A DNA stretch of 64,000 bases from an uncultured Methanomassiliicoccales archaeon (GTDB lineage: Archaea; Thermoplasmatota; Thermoplasmata; Methanomassiliicoccales; UBA472): contig CAVTBB010000005.1 in NCBI GenBank assembly GCA_963732855.1, forward strand, positions 279,663 to 343,662, given 5' to 3'. The notes below the pieces were generated by a model that was given only the letters and a program-made list of their open reading frames with translations, did no database searches and was not told the origin of the DNA. The position numbers and the translations under genes were made by a program. The stretch's first letter is position 1; each line of letters starts with the position of its first letter. Of the stretch, positions 20,930 to 30,510 are shown piece by piece.

Positions 20930-21015
20930 TTTGCCGCCCGCCTTTGGTCTCCATTTCTCCATGAGTATGGGCGTGGGTCGATATCTAGGATTGCCCGAAA
21001 ATGAGGCACCCTTCC

Positions 21016-22728
21016 TCATGTGGCAGATTTGACCTGGCCCGGGCTCTTTTCGAACTTCCAACCACCACTTGGGACCTCGATCTCGAACCTGACCCCCTTC
21101 CCTTCCTCTCCCGTCTCGGATATGGTCAAGCCAGTGATCGCCAATATCTCACGTGCCGCATACAGCCCCAGGCCAGTATTGCTACCGAACCCCATCTCGA
21201 ATATCTTCTGCTTATTCTCCTGACCGACTCCCTTTCCATCATCCCGGTATACGAGGACCTTGAGGTTCCCACGGTCCTCGACATCCACCCAGATGTTCCT
21301 CACATTGCCGCCATGTCGTTGGGAGTTCTCCATCAGGTTGAAGAACATCCTCTCGAGCATAAGGTCCGAGAAAACCAATATTCCAGAGGTCTGGAAGTGG
21401 TATTCGATGGAACGCGACGTCATCGCCTCCTTGGCCTTCTCCAGGACCTCCCCCAGCCGTTGCCATTCTGGCGCCTTGACCCCGAGGTTTTGATACACCT
21501 TGGTGAAATCGATCCCCCGTTCGATCGCCGAAGCGGATGCCATTATCCGTTCCATTATCCGCCTCAGATCCTCATCTTCCTTTCGTTTCGATGCGATCAG
21601 CTCACCATATCCGTGTATGATGGTAAGCTGGTTCAGGATGTCGTGCCTGGTGATGCTTGACAGCAGATTGAGCTTGGAATTGGCTGTCTTCAACTCCCTC
21701 TGGTTCTTCCTTTCCTCCGTGACCTCCTGGAGCAGGATGAGCGTTCCGTTCTCCACCCCCTGATGGTTTACGATTTTGGTTATGTGTATGTCCACAAGCC
21801 TTTCGCCGGACGTCCCTGGGAACGTAACCTCCTTCTTCGATACCCCATCCCGGACCAGTTGTTGGATGGCCGGCGACACCTCTGTGAGCATCTTTCCGCT
21901 GATCTCCTTGCTTTTCAGATCGAGCATGTCCTCGACCGCGGGATTTGAATAGACGACCCGGCCCTTGGTATCCAACACCAAGGTCCCATCCTCGATCGTC
22001 CTGATGACAGAATCGAGGACCAACGGGGTCATGTCCAGCAGTTCGTAGCGGAACGACCCGTAGAACAGCACTAGGACCGTTCCGAGAAATCCAGCATCCA
22101 GCATGAAGCTCATCGGAACCGCGTCCGAGAACGTTATCCCGATGAACAGCGCCAGCATGGGGAAGGCCGCGGCACCGAGAACGACCATCACCTGCGTCCG
22201 GTGGTAGCGGCTGGGGCTGAAAAGTCCTTGGGCCACGAGCGTTACGGCCGAGACCATGATGAAGACGAAGAACGCCACCAGGACCCAGAACCCTATCCCG
22301 TAGGAATAGGTCAGGCCGTTGATCGCACCGAAGAATTTCTGGCTGCTGATATCGGCATAAAAGCCATGGATGTTGTCGTTCGTCCAAAGGAGCGTCAGCA
22401 GAGCGGCCGGTACCAGGAACAGAAGGAAAAGCCTCTTACGGTCCAGGATATCCTCCCGCCCCAGGTAAGAGACCACGAAGATCAGGAACAATGAAGGCAG
22501 AACGATGAACACCGACATCTCCAGCAGGTTCCACGCCGCCATGGTGCCCTTGTCGGGCGAAAGGATCTCGCCCAGATACCCTACCGTGAACAGGGTGATG
22601 GCGATCATCAGAAAAATGAACGGGGCCCTGATCGGAAGGGGCCTGGAGGTCCACTCCAGGGCCATCAGTGTCATCGCCACGGTTAGGGTGATCCATACCG
22701 GCAAGGTAAGGATGAATGTCAGATCCAC
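21016..22728 (-). CDS. Membrane sensor histidine kinase (HisKA_7TM-like N-terminus, PAS, HATPase)
   Basis: 7 TM, PAS, H-box ITRHDILNQLT, NLMENSQRHG, DDGKG, GLGL. Confidence 0.92.
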   Translation of the reverse strand: MDLTFILTLPVWITLTVAMTLMALEWTSRPLPIRAPFIFLMIAITLFTVGYLGEILSPDKGTMAAWNLLEMSVFIVLPSLFLIFVVSYLGREDILDRKRLFLLFLVPAALLTLLWTNDNIHGFYADISSQKFFGAINGLTYSYGIGFWVLVAFFVFIMVSAVTLVAQGLFSPSRYHRTQVMVVLGAAAFPMLALFIGITFSDAVPMSFMLDAGFLGTVLVLFYGSFRYELLDMTPLVLDSVIRTIEDGTLVLDTKGRVVYSNPAVEDMLDLKSKEISGKMLTEVSPAIQQLVRDGVSKKEVTFPGTSGERLVDIHITKIVNHQGVENGTLILLQEVTEERKNQRELKTANSKLNLLSSITRHDILNQLTIIHGYGELIASKRKEDEDLRRIMERIMASASAIERGIDFTKVYQNLGVKAPEWQRLGEVLEKAKEAMTSRSIEYHFQTSGILVFSDLMLERMFFNLMENSQRHGGNVRNIWVDVEDRGNLKVLVYRDDGKGVGQENKQKIFEMGFGSNTGLGLYAAREILAITGLTISETGEEGKGVRFEIEVPSGGWKFEKSPGQVKSAT

Positions 22729-22835
22729 GTCGGATTTGAGGGGCTACTGCTATAATAACTGACGGTGGATTCAATCGGGATCGACCAGGAAATACCCTTA
22801 TTGTCCAAACGGTGCAGGTCTTTTGCCGTGAACGG

Positions 22836-23393
22836 TCAGTCTCGTGGTTCCCAGTTGGAATCCTGCCAATCGCTCCCGACCCGTTCCCGGCATTCGGCGA
22901 TGATGGCGTTCACCTGTTTGTCATGCCGGACCTCCTGGGCGATATCGGTGATGAGCTCGTTCGTATAGCGCCGGTGACAAGCAGGGCAGAGGGTCTTGAG
23001 ATTCCCAGGGTGATCCGAACCGCCCCTGGAACGGGGGATGATATGGTGCACCTCGAGCGATTCGAGGCGGGTCCCGCCTCTGCCTCGCCTGAGGGTCGGG
23101 TCATAAACCTTGATGCGGCCCCGCTCAAAATTGACCCCACAATCCTGGCATATGTACTTGTCACGCCGGAGCACCGCCGACTTGATCTTGGGCCATAGGA
23201 CCCTTCGTACCAGGTCGGACGTCTCTTCGGCATATGGCTGCTGCTTTGTGCCAGTGAGGTAATATTTGCGCAACCCGGGGAAATCGGCCCTCATCTGTTT
23301 GAGCGCAGCCTTGGTGGATGCCCATGCCTCACAGATCATCCTGGAGTTCGAGTCCCGACGATGCCTGTGCCCGCAGTGTGGGCAGGGGACCAT
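22836..23393 (-). CDS. HNH endonuclease
   Basis: Likely start ATG 23393 (MVPCPHCGH); RRDKYICQDCG, EVHHIIPRSRGGSDHPGNLKTLCPACH. Confidence 0.9.
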   Translation of the reverse strand: MVPCPHCGHRHRRDSNSRMICEAWASTKAALKQMRADFPGLRKYYLTGTKQQPYAEETSDLVRRVLWPKIKSAVLRRDKYICQDCGVNFERGRIKVYDPTLRRGRGGTRLESLEVHHIIPRSRGGSDHPGNLKTLCPACHRRYTNELITDIAQEVRHDKQVNAIIAECRERVGSDWQDSNWEPRD

Positions 23394-23718
23394 CGTCCTC
23401 TTAGAAGACTTGTCTGAAATGGCCACACGGAATGGGCAGACCGCGGCCAGTTCTGGACCGCACACGATCGGTCTGCTCTCATCCGCCCCATGGAAGACTA
23501 GAGAGGGAATCGCTCCCTCGGTATCAGCCAGGCGTCTGCTCTTCATCAGGCAGTAGCTGTTCTCCGCGGCTGTCAGTCGAAAATTGCAGACCGGTTCTGA
23601 TCGTTCCATCCTTTCCCTAGGATGATGCACTGGCCTAATAGAATTTTTCACCGGAGGGGGATTGTCGTGTTCGATGGGAACGATTATCTACCAACGGGAC
23701 CCCTAGTCAAGTTCAGTT

Positions 23719-25080
23719 ATGGTCGCAGCGAATGATTGGGACTGGCAGTTGTATCCGGAGACCGAGACCCTCCTTTCCGGATTGGTCCGCTCGTTCCTGA
23801 AAGGGAATCGCTATGCCGATGTAGTCCGGGGAGAGATAGAGAATACCAGCTCAACCCGTTTCATCGATTGGGTGGACAGCATGGAGATTCCGAAGGGAAC
23901 CGCGACCGATGAGCACCTAACAAGGCTGGGATACATCAAGGAGCGGACCATTGGCTTGGACGGTGAGGCGTATAGACATCATGGTGGGGCATTCTTCCCG
24001 ATAATGCTGCGAGACGACCAGCGATATAACCTCTCCTTGAAAGTCGATGATTTGGAACGATTCCTCGGTGCGAACCACATGACTCAAAAAAGGATTCTCG
24101 GAGAAAGGAACGCTCCGCTCAGAAAGGTCGAACTGAACCGTGAGGACGTTCACTCTTTATGCGTTGTCGAGAGGCATGGGAGCATATCGTTCGATATAGA
24201 CCAGGCAATTGACCTCAAGGAATATGCTGCCGCCCTGAACATCCTGTCCTCCAGGAAAAGGACCTTCGAGTACGACATCGATGGCATCGAGGATCTGAAA
24301 GACAAGATCGGAGCCCTCAGGGATACCTTGGCCGCAGCGCGCCTGGCGGATGTTTTCTTCCGTGCTGAGAGGGCCTATTGGCTATCGAGGAACCGGGCCG
24401 GCATGGTGCAGTACAAGCGCCAGGAACATCTTGGTCTTGGATGGGGGAACCACGACCATCACACGTTCCGGTGCTCGAGGGAGAACTTCGGCAATGTCGT
24501 AGACATCTTCGAAGAGATGGGGCTGACGAAACGCGAACGTTTCTTCGCTGGGACGCAAGCCGGCTGGGGAGCTCAGGTCATGGAACAGCCAGATTCCGAT
24601 CTGGTGATCTTTGCCGATGTGGACCTGGGACCGGATGAGGGCCATACAAATTTCGTAACCCAAGAGCTCGAACCATTGGAGAAACTGGGCACAGTGGGGC
24701 TGTGGGTCGGACTGCACGGCGAAAGCGTCTTGGACTCGGGAATGCACCATCTGTCTGTCGGGTCCGATTTCAAGGGCATGCGGGAGGACCTGGGTGCCAG
24801 GGAGGTTATCTCTATGAACCCGTTCTCGAATTTCGATTTCCTCAAACAGTCTTTCACTGAGGCGGAGCAATGGATGCCCCGGAAGGAACGGATGGACCGT
24901 CTGGTGGAGGCGAACTATGTCCCTGAGAAACAGGCTGCCCGGTTCGTCGAGTATGGGGCGGTCGGAAGTCACCTTGAGATCGTCCAGAGGGACCGCGGTT
25001 TTAAGGGTTTCAACCAGGATTCGGTGAGCGCGATAATCCGGATGACCGATCCGCGGAAACGGTCAGAGATCGGAGCTTAG
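23719..25080 (+). CDS. VOC-fold protein, distant DUF1338/HglS (2-oxoadipate dioxygenase/decarboxylase)-like
   Basis: NHDHHTFR, VIFADV, GMHHLSV, LKQSFT, HLEIVQR and GFNQDSVSAII are colinear with the DUF1338 motifs as I recall them. Confidence 0.65.
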   Translation: MVAANDWDWQLYPETETLLSGLVRSFLKGNRYADVVRGEIENTSSTRFIDWVDSMEIPKGTATDEHLTRLGYIKERTIGLDGEAYRHHGGAFFPIMLRDDQRYNLSLKVDDLERFLGANHMTQKRILGERNAPLRKVELNREDVHSLCVVERHGSISFDIDQAIDLKEYAAALNILSSRKRTFEYDIDGIEDLKDKIGALRDTLAAARLADVFFRAERAYWLSRNRAGMVQYKRQEHLGLGWGNHDHHTFRCSRENFGNVVDIFEEMGLTKRERFFAGTQAGWGAQVMEQPDSDLVIFADVDLGPDEGHTNFVTQELEPLEKLGTVGLWVGLHGESVLDSGMHHLSVGSDFKGMREDLGAREVISMNPFSNFDFLKQSFTEAEQWMPRKERMDRLVEANYVPEKQAARFVEYGAVGSHLEIVQRDRGFKGFNQDSVSAIIRMTDPRKRSEIGA

Positions 25081-25082
25081 GA

Positions 25083-26576
25083 ATGACAACGAACGATATC
25101 CTATCGATCAAAGGGAAAGTGATAACGGACGAGAGGCAACTGGAGAGATATAGTAGCGACCTCAGCCACTACTACATGAGACCAAAGATCGTGGCTATCC
25201 CATTGGACGAGCACGATGTCGAGGTGGCTGTCGAGTTCGCCGTGAAATCCGGGACCGCGATAACCCCCAGGGGCGCTGGCTCAAACCTATCCGGTTCGGC
25301 GGTAGGCGACGGCATGGTCATCCTGACCCGGGAGCTGGACCGGTTCGTCAAGAAGGACGAGAGCATCTATTCCTGCCAGCCTGGAATGGTGTTCAACAAT
25401 CTGGACAAACAGGCCAGGACAGATGGGTTCTTCATTCCATACGACCCCAGCTCCCGGGCGTTCTGCACCATCGGCGGGAACGTCGGAACAAGGGCGAGCG
25501 GCATCCGTTCGCTCAAGTACGGCAGTGTCGACAACTGCCTGGATTCATTGCGCTTCGTCAACCCCATCTTTGGCCTGGTCGATACCGCCAAGGAACTGCC
25601 CCCGGAGCTACGGCTGGCTTTGGATGATATCACCTCGCGATTCCGTGAGGACGAAGAGATGCTGTTGTTGATGGAGAGCCGCGCAAACCTAAAATCCAGC
25701 AGCGGATACAACCTGGGGGCGATGCTGGAAAAGAAGGATATGAACCGGGTCGCAGCCCACCTCATGGTTGGTTCGGTCGGAACTCTCTCCGTGTTCACCG
25801 AGGTCCGTCTCAGGCTGAGGCCGATCCACAAAGAGAGGGTGCTTTATATGGCATTCTTTGACTCGCTGCCCAAGGCGGTCCGGAAAATGATGCCCGCGAG
25901 AGTGTTCGGGCCATCGGCATTCGAGATGCTGGATACATTCGGGGTCAGGAACATGTCCGCCCTGATGCCTGTTCCGCCTGAAGCAAAGGCAGTGATCATG
26001 CTTGAGTTCGACGAGGCGCTGAGCGAGGCAGAGTCGAAGATGTCGGCACTGCTGAAGGGAACAGACAGTAAGGATCTGGTCTTCCGGGACCAGACTCTCA
26101 TCGACAAGATCTGGGCGGTGAGGGAGAGCAACCTGCTGCGCATCAAGCACGAGCTGGAACGGCCGGAGCTCAAGTTCTTATCCTTCATCGACGACCTGGC
26201 GGTGCCCCCGGACCGGTTGCCAGAGCTGATCGATCGCCTGGATTCAATCTTCCGGGATGAGGGGACTCAGGTGATCATGTACGGTCACATTGGCGAGGGG
26301 AACCTGCATGTCCGTCCCTACATCAAAAAGGAAGGGTGGGAAGATCTCACCAAGAGGTTAGCCGACAAATGCTTCCATGCGGTGCTGGAGAATGATGGCA
26401 CCATCACCGGGGAGCACGGCATGGGCCGGAACCGATCAAAGTACCTTCCAGAAGAATGGGGTAAGCGGGCATTCGCCTATTTCGAGGAGATCAAGCAGCT
26501 ATTCGACCCGGAGGACCTGATGAACCCTGGAGCGGTGTTCACCAAGAACGATCTGACAGAGCATCTCCGGTTCTAG
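25083..26576 (+). CDS. FAD-linked oxidase/dehydrogenase (GlcD / D-2-hydroxyglutarate or D-lactate dehydrogenase family)
   Basis: TPRGAGSNLSG, TIGGNVGTRASG, GHIGEGNLH, TGEHGMG, DPEDLMNPG; no Fe-S domain. Confidence 0.92.
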   Translation: MTTNDILSIKGKVITDERQLERYSSDLSHYYMRPKIVAIPLDEHDVEVAVEFAVKSGTAITPRGAGSNLSGSAVGDGMVILTRELDRFVKKDESIYSCQPGMVFNNLDKQARTDGFFIPYDPSSRAFCTIGGNVGTRASGIRSLKYGSVDNCLDSLRFVNPIFGLVDTAKELPPELRLALDDITSRFREDEEMLLLMESRANLKSSSGYNLGAMLEKKDMNRVAAHLMVGSVGTLSVFTEVRLRLRPIHKERVLYMAFFDSLPKAVRKMMPARVFGPSAFEMLDTFGVRNMSALMPVPPEAKAVIMLEFDEALSEAESKMSALLKGTDSKDLVFRDQTLIDKIWAVRESNLLRIKHELERPELKFLSFIDDLAVPPDRLPELIDRLDSIFRDEGTQVIMYGHIGEGNLHVRPYIKKEGWEDLTKRLADKCFHAVLENDGTITGEHGMGRNRSKYLPEEWGKRAFAYFEEIKQLFDPEDLMNPGAVFTKNDLTEHLRF

Positions 26577-26709
26577 AATCGACACCTACCCGTCTCTGCA
26601 ATTCTGTAGAAGCATTCGATCAGTTCAGACGATTATCAAACCATGCACATAGACTGGCGAACATTATTAACCGCCGACAAACTTCGAACAATATCGGAGC
26701 TATACGGGC

Positions 26710-27069
26710 TTGCCACTTTCTGACCTCCTAAAGAGCCGGACTAGGATCATCTTCCTGTTGCTCATTATCGCTGGGATAGCGGTGACGGTCTCCTCTCTGG
26801 CAATGGCCTTTACGATCAATCCAGGCGATTCCATGGACCTGTACGCGGTGGAATCGGCGGGAATGAGCATGGGCATGGTGATGCTCTGCCTCGGCATCAT
26901 ACTCATGAAGAACGGCGAGGATATCCTAGGCACGAACATAACCGAGCTGGAAAAGCAACGCATGCATGATGACATGCATGACCAGGTCATGGCCGAGATG
27001 CGTCTTTCTGAAAAAGACCTGGAGATCCAGAAGACCATTCAAGGTACGGATGACGAACTGTTCAAATGA
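26710..27069 (+). CDS. Hypothetical 2-TM membrane protein
   Basis: Two hydrophobic helices and an acidic tail. Confidence 0.65.
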   Translation: MPLSDLLKSRTRIIFLLLIIAGIAVTVSSLAMAFTINPGDSMDLYAVESAGMSMGMVMLCLGIILMKNGEDILGTNITELEKQRMHDDMHDQVMAEMRLSEKDLEIQKTIQGTDDELFK

Positions 27070-27198
27070 AGGTCCTCGAATCGCCTCGGGACAAGACTAG
27101 GGGCCGTTCTCCGGTTCCTCAAGAATGAAATGGTATGGAACCGCTCGGAGGAAGAACGATGAGTCGGGGTGGACTCCCCGCCCAACGTAAATGATTAC

Positions 27199-28305
27199 CT
27201 AGCTCTTCATGAGATGGCTTGGTGTCTCCGGCTTCGGTGAGAAGCAAAGCTCTGAGAAATCCTCCATTTGGACTTCCATTTCCGAAGCGGTTGAGGTCAC
27301 AATACCCTCGAAGAAGTCCTTTAGGTCCTTGGGTGAGGCAGAGACCCGGGCATTCAAAATCAATCTTCCATCGTTCTTGAGATATCTTCCACCCCTTATC
27401 CCATCGGTCTGAATGGAATCCATCACCAGGCTCATCTTGACCGCCGCTTCCCTTGACTCGACCAGGACCTTAACGTGAGCGATGGCCTCGCTCCCGAATT
27501 TGGAAGAGACCTTTTTCAGGAGCGATTTAATAAAGACATAGAGATCGACCGGGGTAGAGGCATGCAGGTGCGCAGTGGCGTTATACCAGCCCATGGAGGC
27601 TTTCTCCATAGCGAACATGCGATTGTCTGTCGGAGCGGCCGCCTTTTCGCTCAATCTATCCGACAATATGACATCGATGATCTGGTCCACATTCGTCATG
27701 GATTTGGATGAGAACACTATCACTGTGGCCTCTGGGACCTCCAGTTTCACATGTCTGGTGGCTTCCTCGATCTGTTCTTCGGTCAATCTGTCGGCCTTGG
27801 AGATCAGGACATATTCCGCCTCATGAAGTTGATGTGCAGGGATTATCTTGCTTGACCCCAACCCGAAGCCTTGAGATTTTTCCAATAGTTCCGATATTCT
27901 GGTCCCGTCGAGGACCACCAGAAGAGGTGCCACTTCGAATTCTTCGGGATACATAGTCCTCATCGGCACCACGACTGAAGCGAGGATGTTCGTCGAGGTC
28001 CCGATAGGTTCCGCAATAATGATGTCCGGCCTCCCTACTTGCACCAAGCTTCGGGCATTCTTGACAAAATCATTGAAATTGGAGCAAAAACAACCTCCCA
28101 TGACATCCATGACGTCGAACCCCGCGTTCCTGACGAATTCGGTGTCCACCAATACGTTGCCCTGGTCATTTGTTATTATGGCAACTGATAGGTCGTGTTT
28201 TTCCTTCAATTCCCGGCCAATTGCGGTGGCCAGAGTTGTTTTTCCAGCCCCGAGATACCCACCAATGATTACAAATCTGGTCCTTAGGGCGGCTCTTGAC
28301 GTCAT
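27199..28305 (-). CDS. CobW/COG0523 (G3E) GTPase fused to a C-terminal partner domain
   Basis: GGYLGAGKTT, NDQG, GGCFCS, AEPIG, SKAD; C-terminal AHVK domain. Confidence 0.88.
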   Translation of the reverse strand: MTSRAALRTRFVIIGGYLGAGKTTLATAIGRELKEKHDLSVAIITNDQGNVLVDTEFVRNAGFDVMDVMGGCFCSNFNDFVKNARSLVQVGRPDIIIAEPIGTSTNILASVVVPMRTMYPEEFEVAPLLVVLDGTRISELLEKSQGFGLGSSKIIPAHQLHEAEYVLISKADRLTEEQIEEATRHVKLEVPEATVIVFSSKSMTNVDQIIDVILSDRLSEKAAAPTDNRMFAMEKASMGWYNATAHLHASTPVDLYVFIKSLLKKVSSKFGSEAIAHVKVLVESREAAVKMSLVMDSIQTDGIRGGRYLKNDGRLILNARVSASPKDLKDFFEGIVTSTASEMEVQMEDFSELCFSPKPETPSHLMKS

Positions 28306-28574
28306 AGGGGGAGGTATCTCGCCAGGTTAGTTATGCTTTACACTAGGATTGAATATGAAAGGCGACGTTCTGATCGGCATCCGATATGCTTCACTGCGAT
28401 CTGGACAAGAGGGATGGGTAAACCGGTCCGAATGATTTGAGACCTCGTCCTGTATCGTACTGAATGTAATGAAGAACGGAGAACACGTGGATATCCGTAG
28501 TGAAGGACGGCCTTATTTGGAAGGTTATGTATCTCTTGCCAGTTGAATCCACATAAACAAACCTTTTTAAACGG

Positions 28575-30386
28575 TTGCGTAATGGCAGCGTTATGATCAT
28601 CCGGGCCGATTCCATCTCACGCGCCTTCAACGCCAAGGAAGTGCTGCGCTCGGCCACTTTGCAAATCAACGAAGGGGACCGTGTCGGGCTCGTAGGAAGG
28701 AACGGCGCCGGCAAGACCACGCTTCTGAAGATCCTTATGGGTGAGATCAAGCCGGACACCGGCGAGATCGCTATCCGAGCGAAGAAGATATGCTATCTGT
28801 CGCAGTTTGCTCAGGAAGGAGGGCCGGACAAGGTAGAGGATCTCCTGAACAGCACCTCCACCTCGACCAAACAGGAGACGAGGATGGCCGAGCTGGAAAA
28901 GATGATGGTCGATGGACCGGAAAGCGGCGGCATGGACTGGGATTCGCTCATGGAGGAATACAACACCCTTCATGAGGAGATGGCCAAGACCGGCTCAAAG
29001 GGGACAGGGGCCAAAACAAAGGACGCTCTCGTATCGGTCGGTCTCGAGCACATGACCGAGGGCCTCATGTCTGAGATGAGCGGGGGGGAGCGCACCAAGG
29101 CCCGCATCGCCCAGATCCTGATGCAGGCCGAAGATGCTGACCTGATCATCCTTGATGAGCCCACCAGCCATCTTGATATCGATACCGTTGAGTGGCTCGA
29201 GGAGTATCTCATGACCATCGGTTCCGGGCTCCTGATAGTGTCCCACGACCGTTATTTCATGGACCGGGTCGCGAACCAGATCGTCGAGCTCGAAGAGGGG
29301 GTCACCAACCAATACTCCGGCAACTACACCCAGTTCGTGGAAAAGAAGGAACTGGAATACGAGCGGTTGAAAATGGCGGCCGAGAAGTACTGCACGGAGA
29401 AGGACCGACTGGAGAAGATGGCCGAACAACAGCACGCCAAGCTTTGGTACAAGGCCACACACAAGGTCACGCTCAAGCGCATAGACCGCATGGACAAGGT
29501 CGATCCCCCCCGCGAAGAGCGCGACATCAAGATGAGGATCGAGAGCGCCAGCCGGGGCGGGCGCGAGGCTATCCGGGCAAAGAACGTGACTGTCGAGCTG
29601 GGAGGCAGGAATATCATCGACGGGCTCGATCTGGACGTCGAGGTTGGGGACAAGATCGGCATCATCGGACCCAACGGTTGCGGAAAGACCACTTTGATCC
29701 GGGCCGTGATGGGAGAGATCGAGCATTCAGGCGAACTGTGGGTGGCACCAGGCGCAAAGATCGGTTACTTCGCGCAGGGCCATGACCACCTGAACCCTGA
29801 TATCAGCGCAGAACAGCAACTGTTGCTGGACCTTGGTCCTGATGAGAAGCTCAAAGCCCGGAGCCTGTTGGCCAGGCAGATGATCACTGGATACGACGCC
29901 AACCGGCCGATAAGGACGCTGTCCGGAGGGGAGAGGGCCAAGGTCGCCCTGGCATCCCTGATCGCAGAGCGCAGGAACCTACTCGTCCTGGACGAGCCGA
30001 CCAACTATCTGGACATTCCGTCAAAGAACGCGGTCGAGTCGGCATTGGCCGATTATACCGGGACAATGGTTGTGGTGACCCACGACCGTTACTTCTTGGA
30101 CGCCGTATGCAACAAGATCTGCGAAATGAAGGACGGAAAGGCCAAAGTGTTCCCCGGAACCTACACCGAAATGAAGGGATCGAAGACGTTCCAGGAGGTT
30201 GTGGTCGAGGATGCGGGATTCTACAAGGTGCTGTCGTCGTTCACTGAATGGACCTCCAAGCGGAACTTCAAGGCCGGAGACAAGGTCTCAGTCGCGCCTA
30301 GCGAAATGCCGCTCTTCAAATGGGCATTGGACAACGGGAAGCTGAAGAAGGCCCAGGGAACCGAGAAGAAGAAAGTGCAATTGTGA
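28575..30386 (+). CDS. ABC-F family ATPase
   Basis: Two ABC domains (GRNGAGKTT/MSGGE/LDEPT and GPNGCGKTT/LSGGE/LDEPT), helical linker, no TM; likely start ATG 28593. Confidence 0.93.
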   Translation: MRNGSVMIIRADSISRAFNAKEVLRSATLQINEGDRVGLVGRNGAGKTTLLKILMGEIKPDTGEIAIRAKKICYLSQFAQEGGPDKVEDLLNSTSTSTKQETRMAELEKMMVDGPESGGMDWDSLMEEYNTLHEEMAKTGSKGTGAKTKDALVSVGLEHMTEGLMSEMSGGERTKARIAQILMQAEDADLIILDEPTSHLDIDTVEWLEEYLMTIGSGLLIVSHDRYFMDRVANQIVELEEGVTNQYSGNYTQFVEKKELEYERLKMAAEKYCTEKDRLEKMAEQQHAKLWYKATHKVTLKRIDRMDKVDPPREERDIKMRIESASRGGREAIRAKNVTVELGGRNIIDGLDLDVEVGDKIGIIGPNGCGKTTLIRAVMGEIEHSGELWVAPGAKIGYFAQGHDHLNPDISAEQQLLLDLGPDEKLKARSLLARQMITGYDANRPIRTLSGGERAKVALASLIAERRNLLVLDEPTNYLDIPSKNAVESALADYTGTMVVVTHDRYFLDAVCNKICEMKDGKAKVFPGTYTEMKGSKTFQEVVVEDAGFYKVLSSFTEWTSKRNFKAGDKVSVAPSEMPLFKWALDNGKLKKAQGTEKKKVQL

Positions 30387-30510
30387 TCCGAATGCTGGAC
30401 GTGGCATTTACCTTATTATTTTGTTTCTAAGTTTATTATTTCACGAGGCGCCTGATCATCTTTTGCATCGTGAATCTCAGAAAGTGCAATTTGGACTGCA
30501 CGCTTAAAAT

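Noticed and set aside
28995-29785. Long alternative-frame ORFs (e.g. 28995-29726, 29192-29785, 21602-22387, 55336-56082, 7358-8029)
   Set aside because: Shadow ORFs overlapping well-supported genes in GC-rich coding DNA; no motifs.
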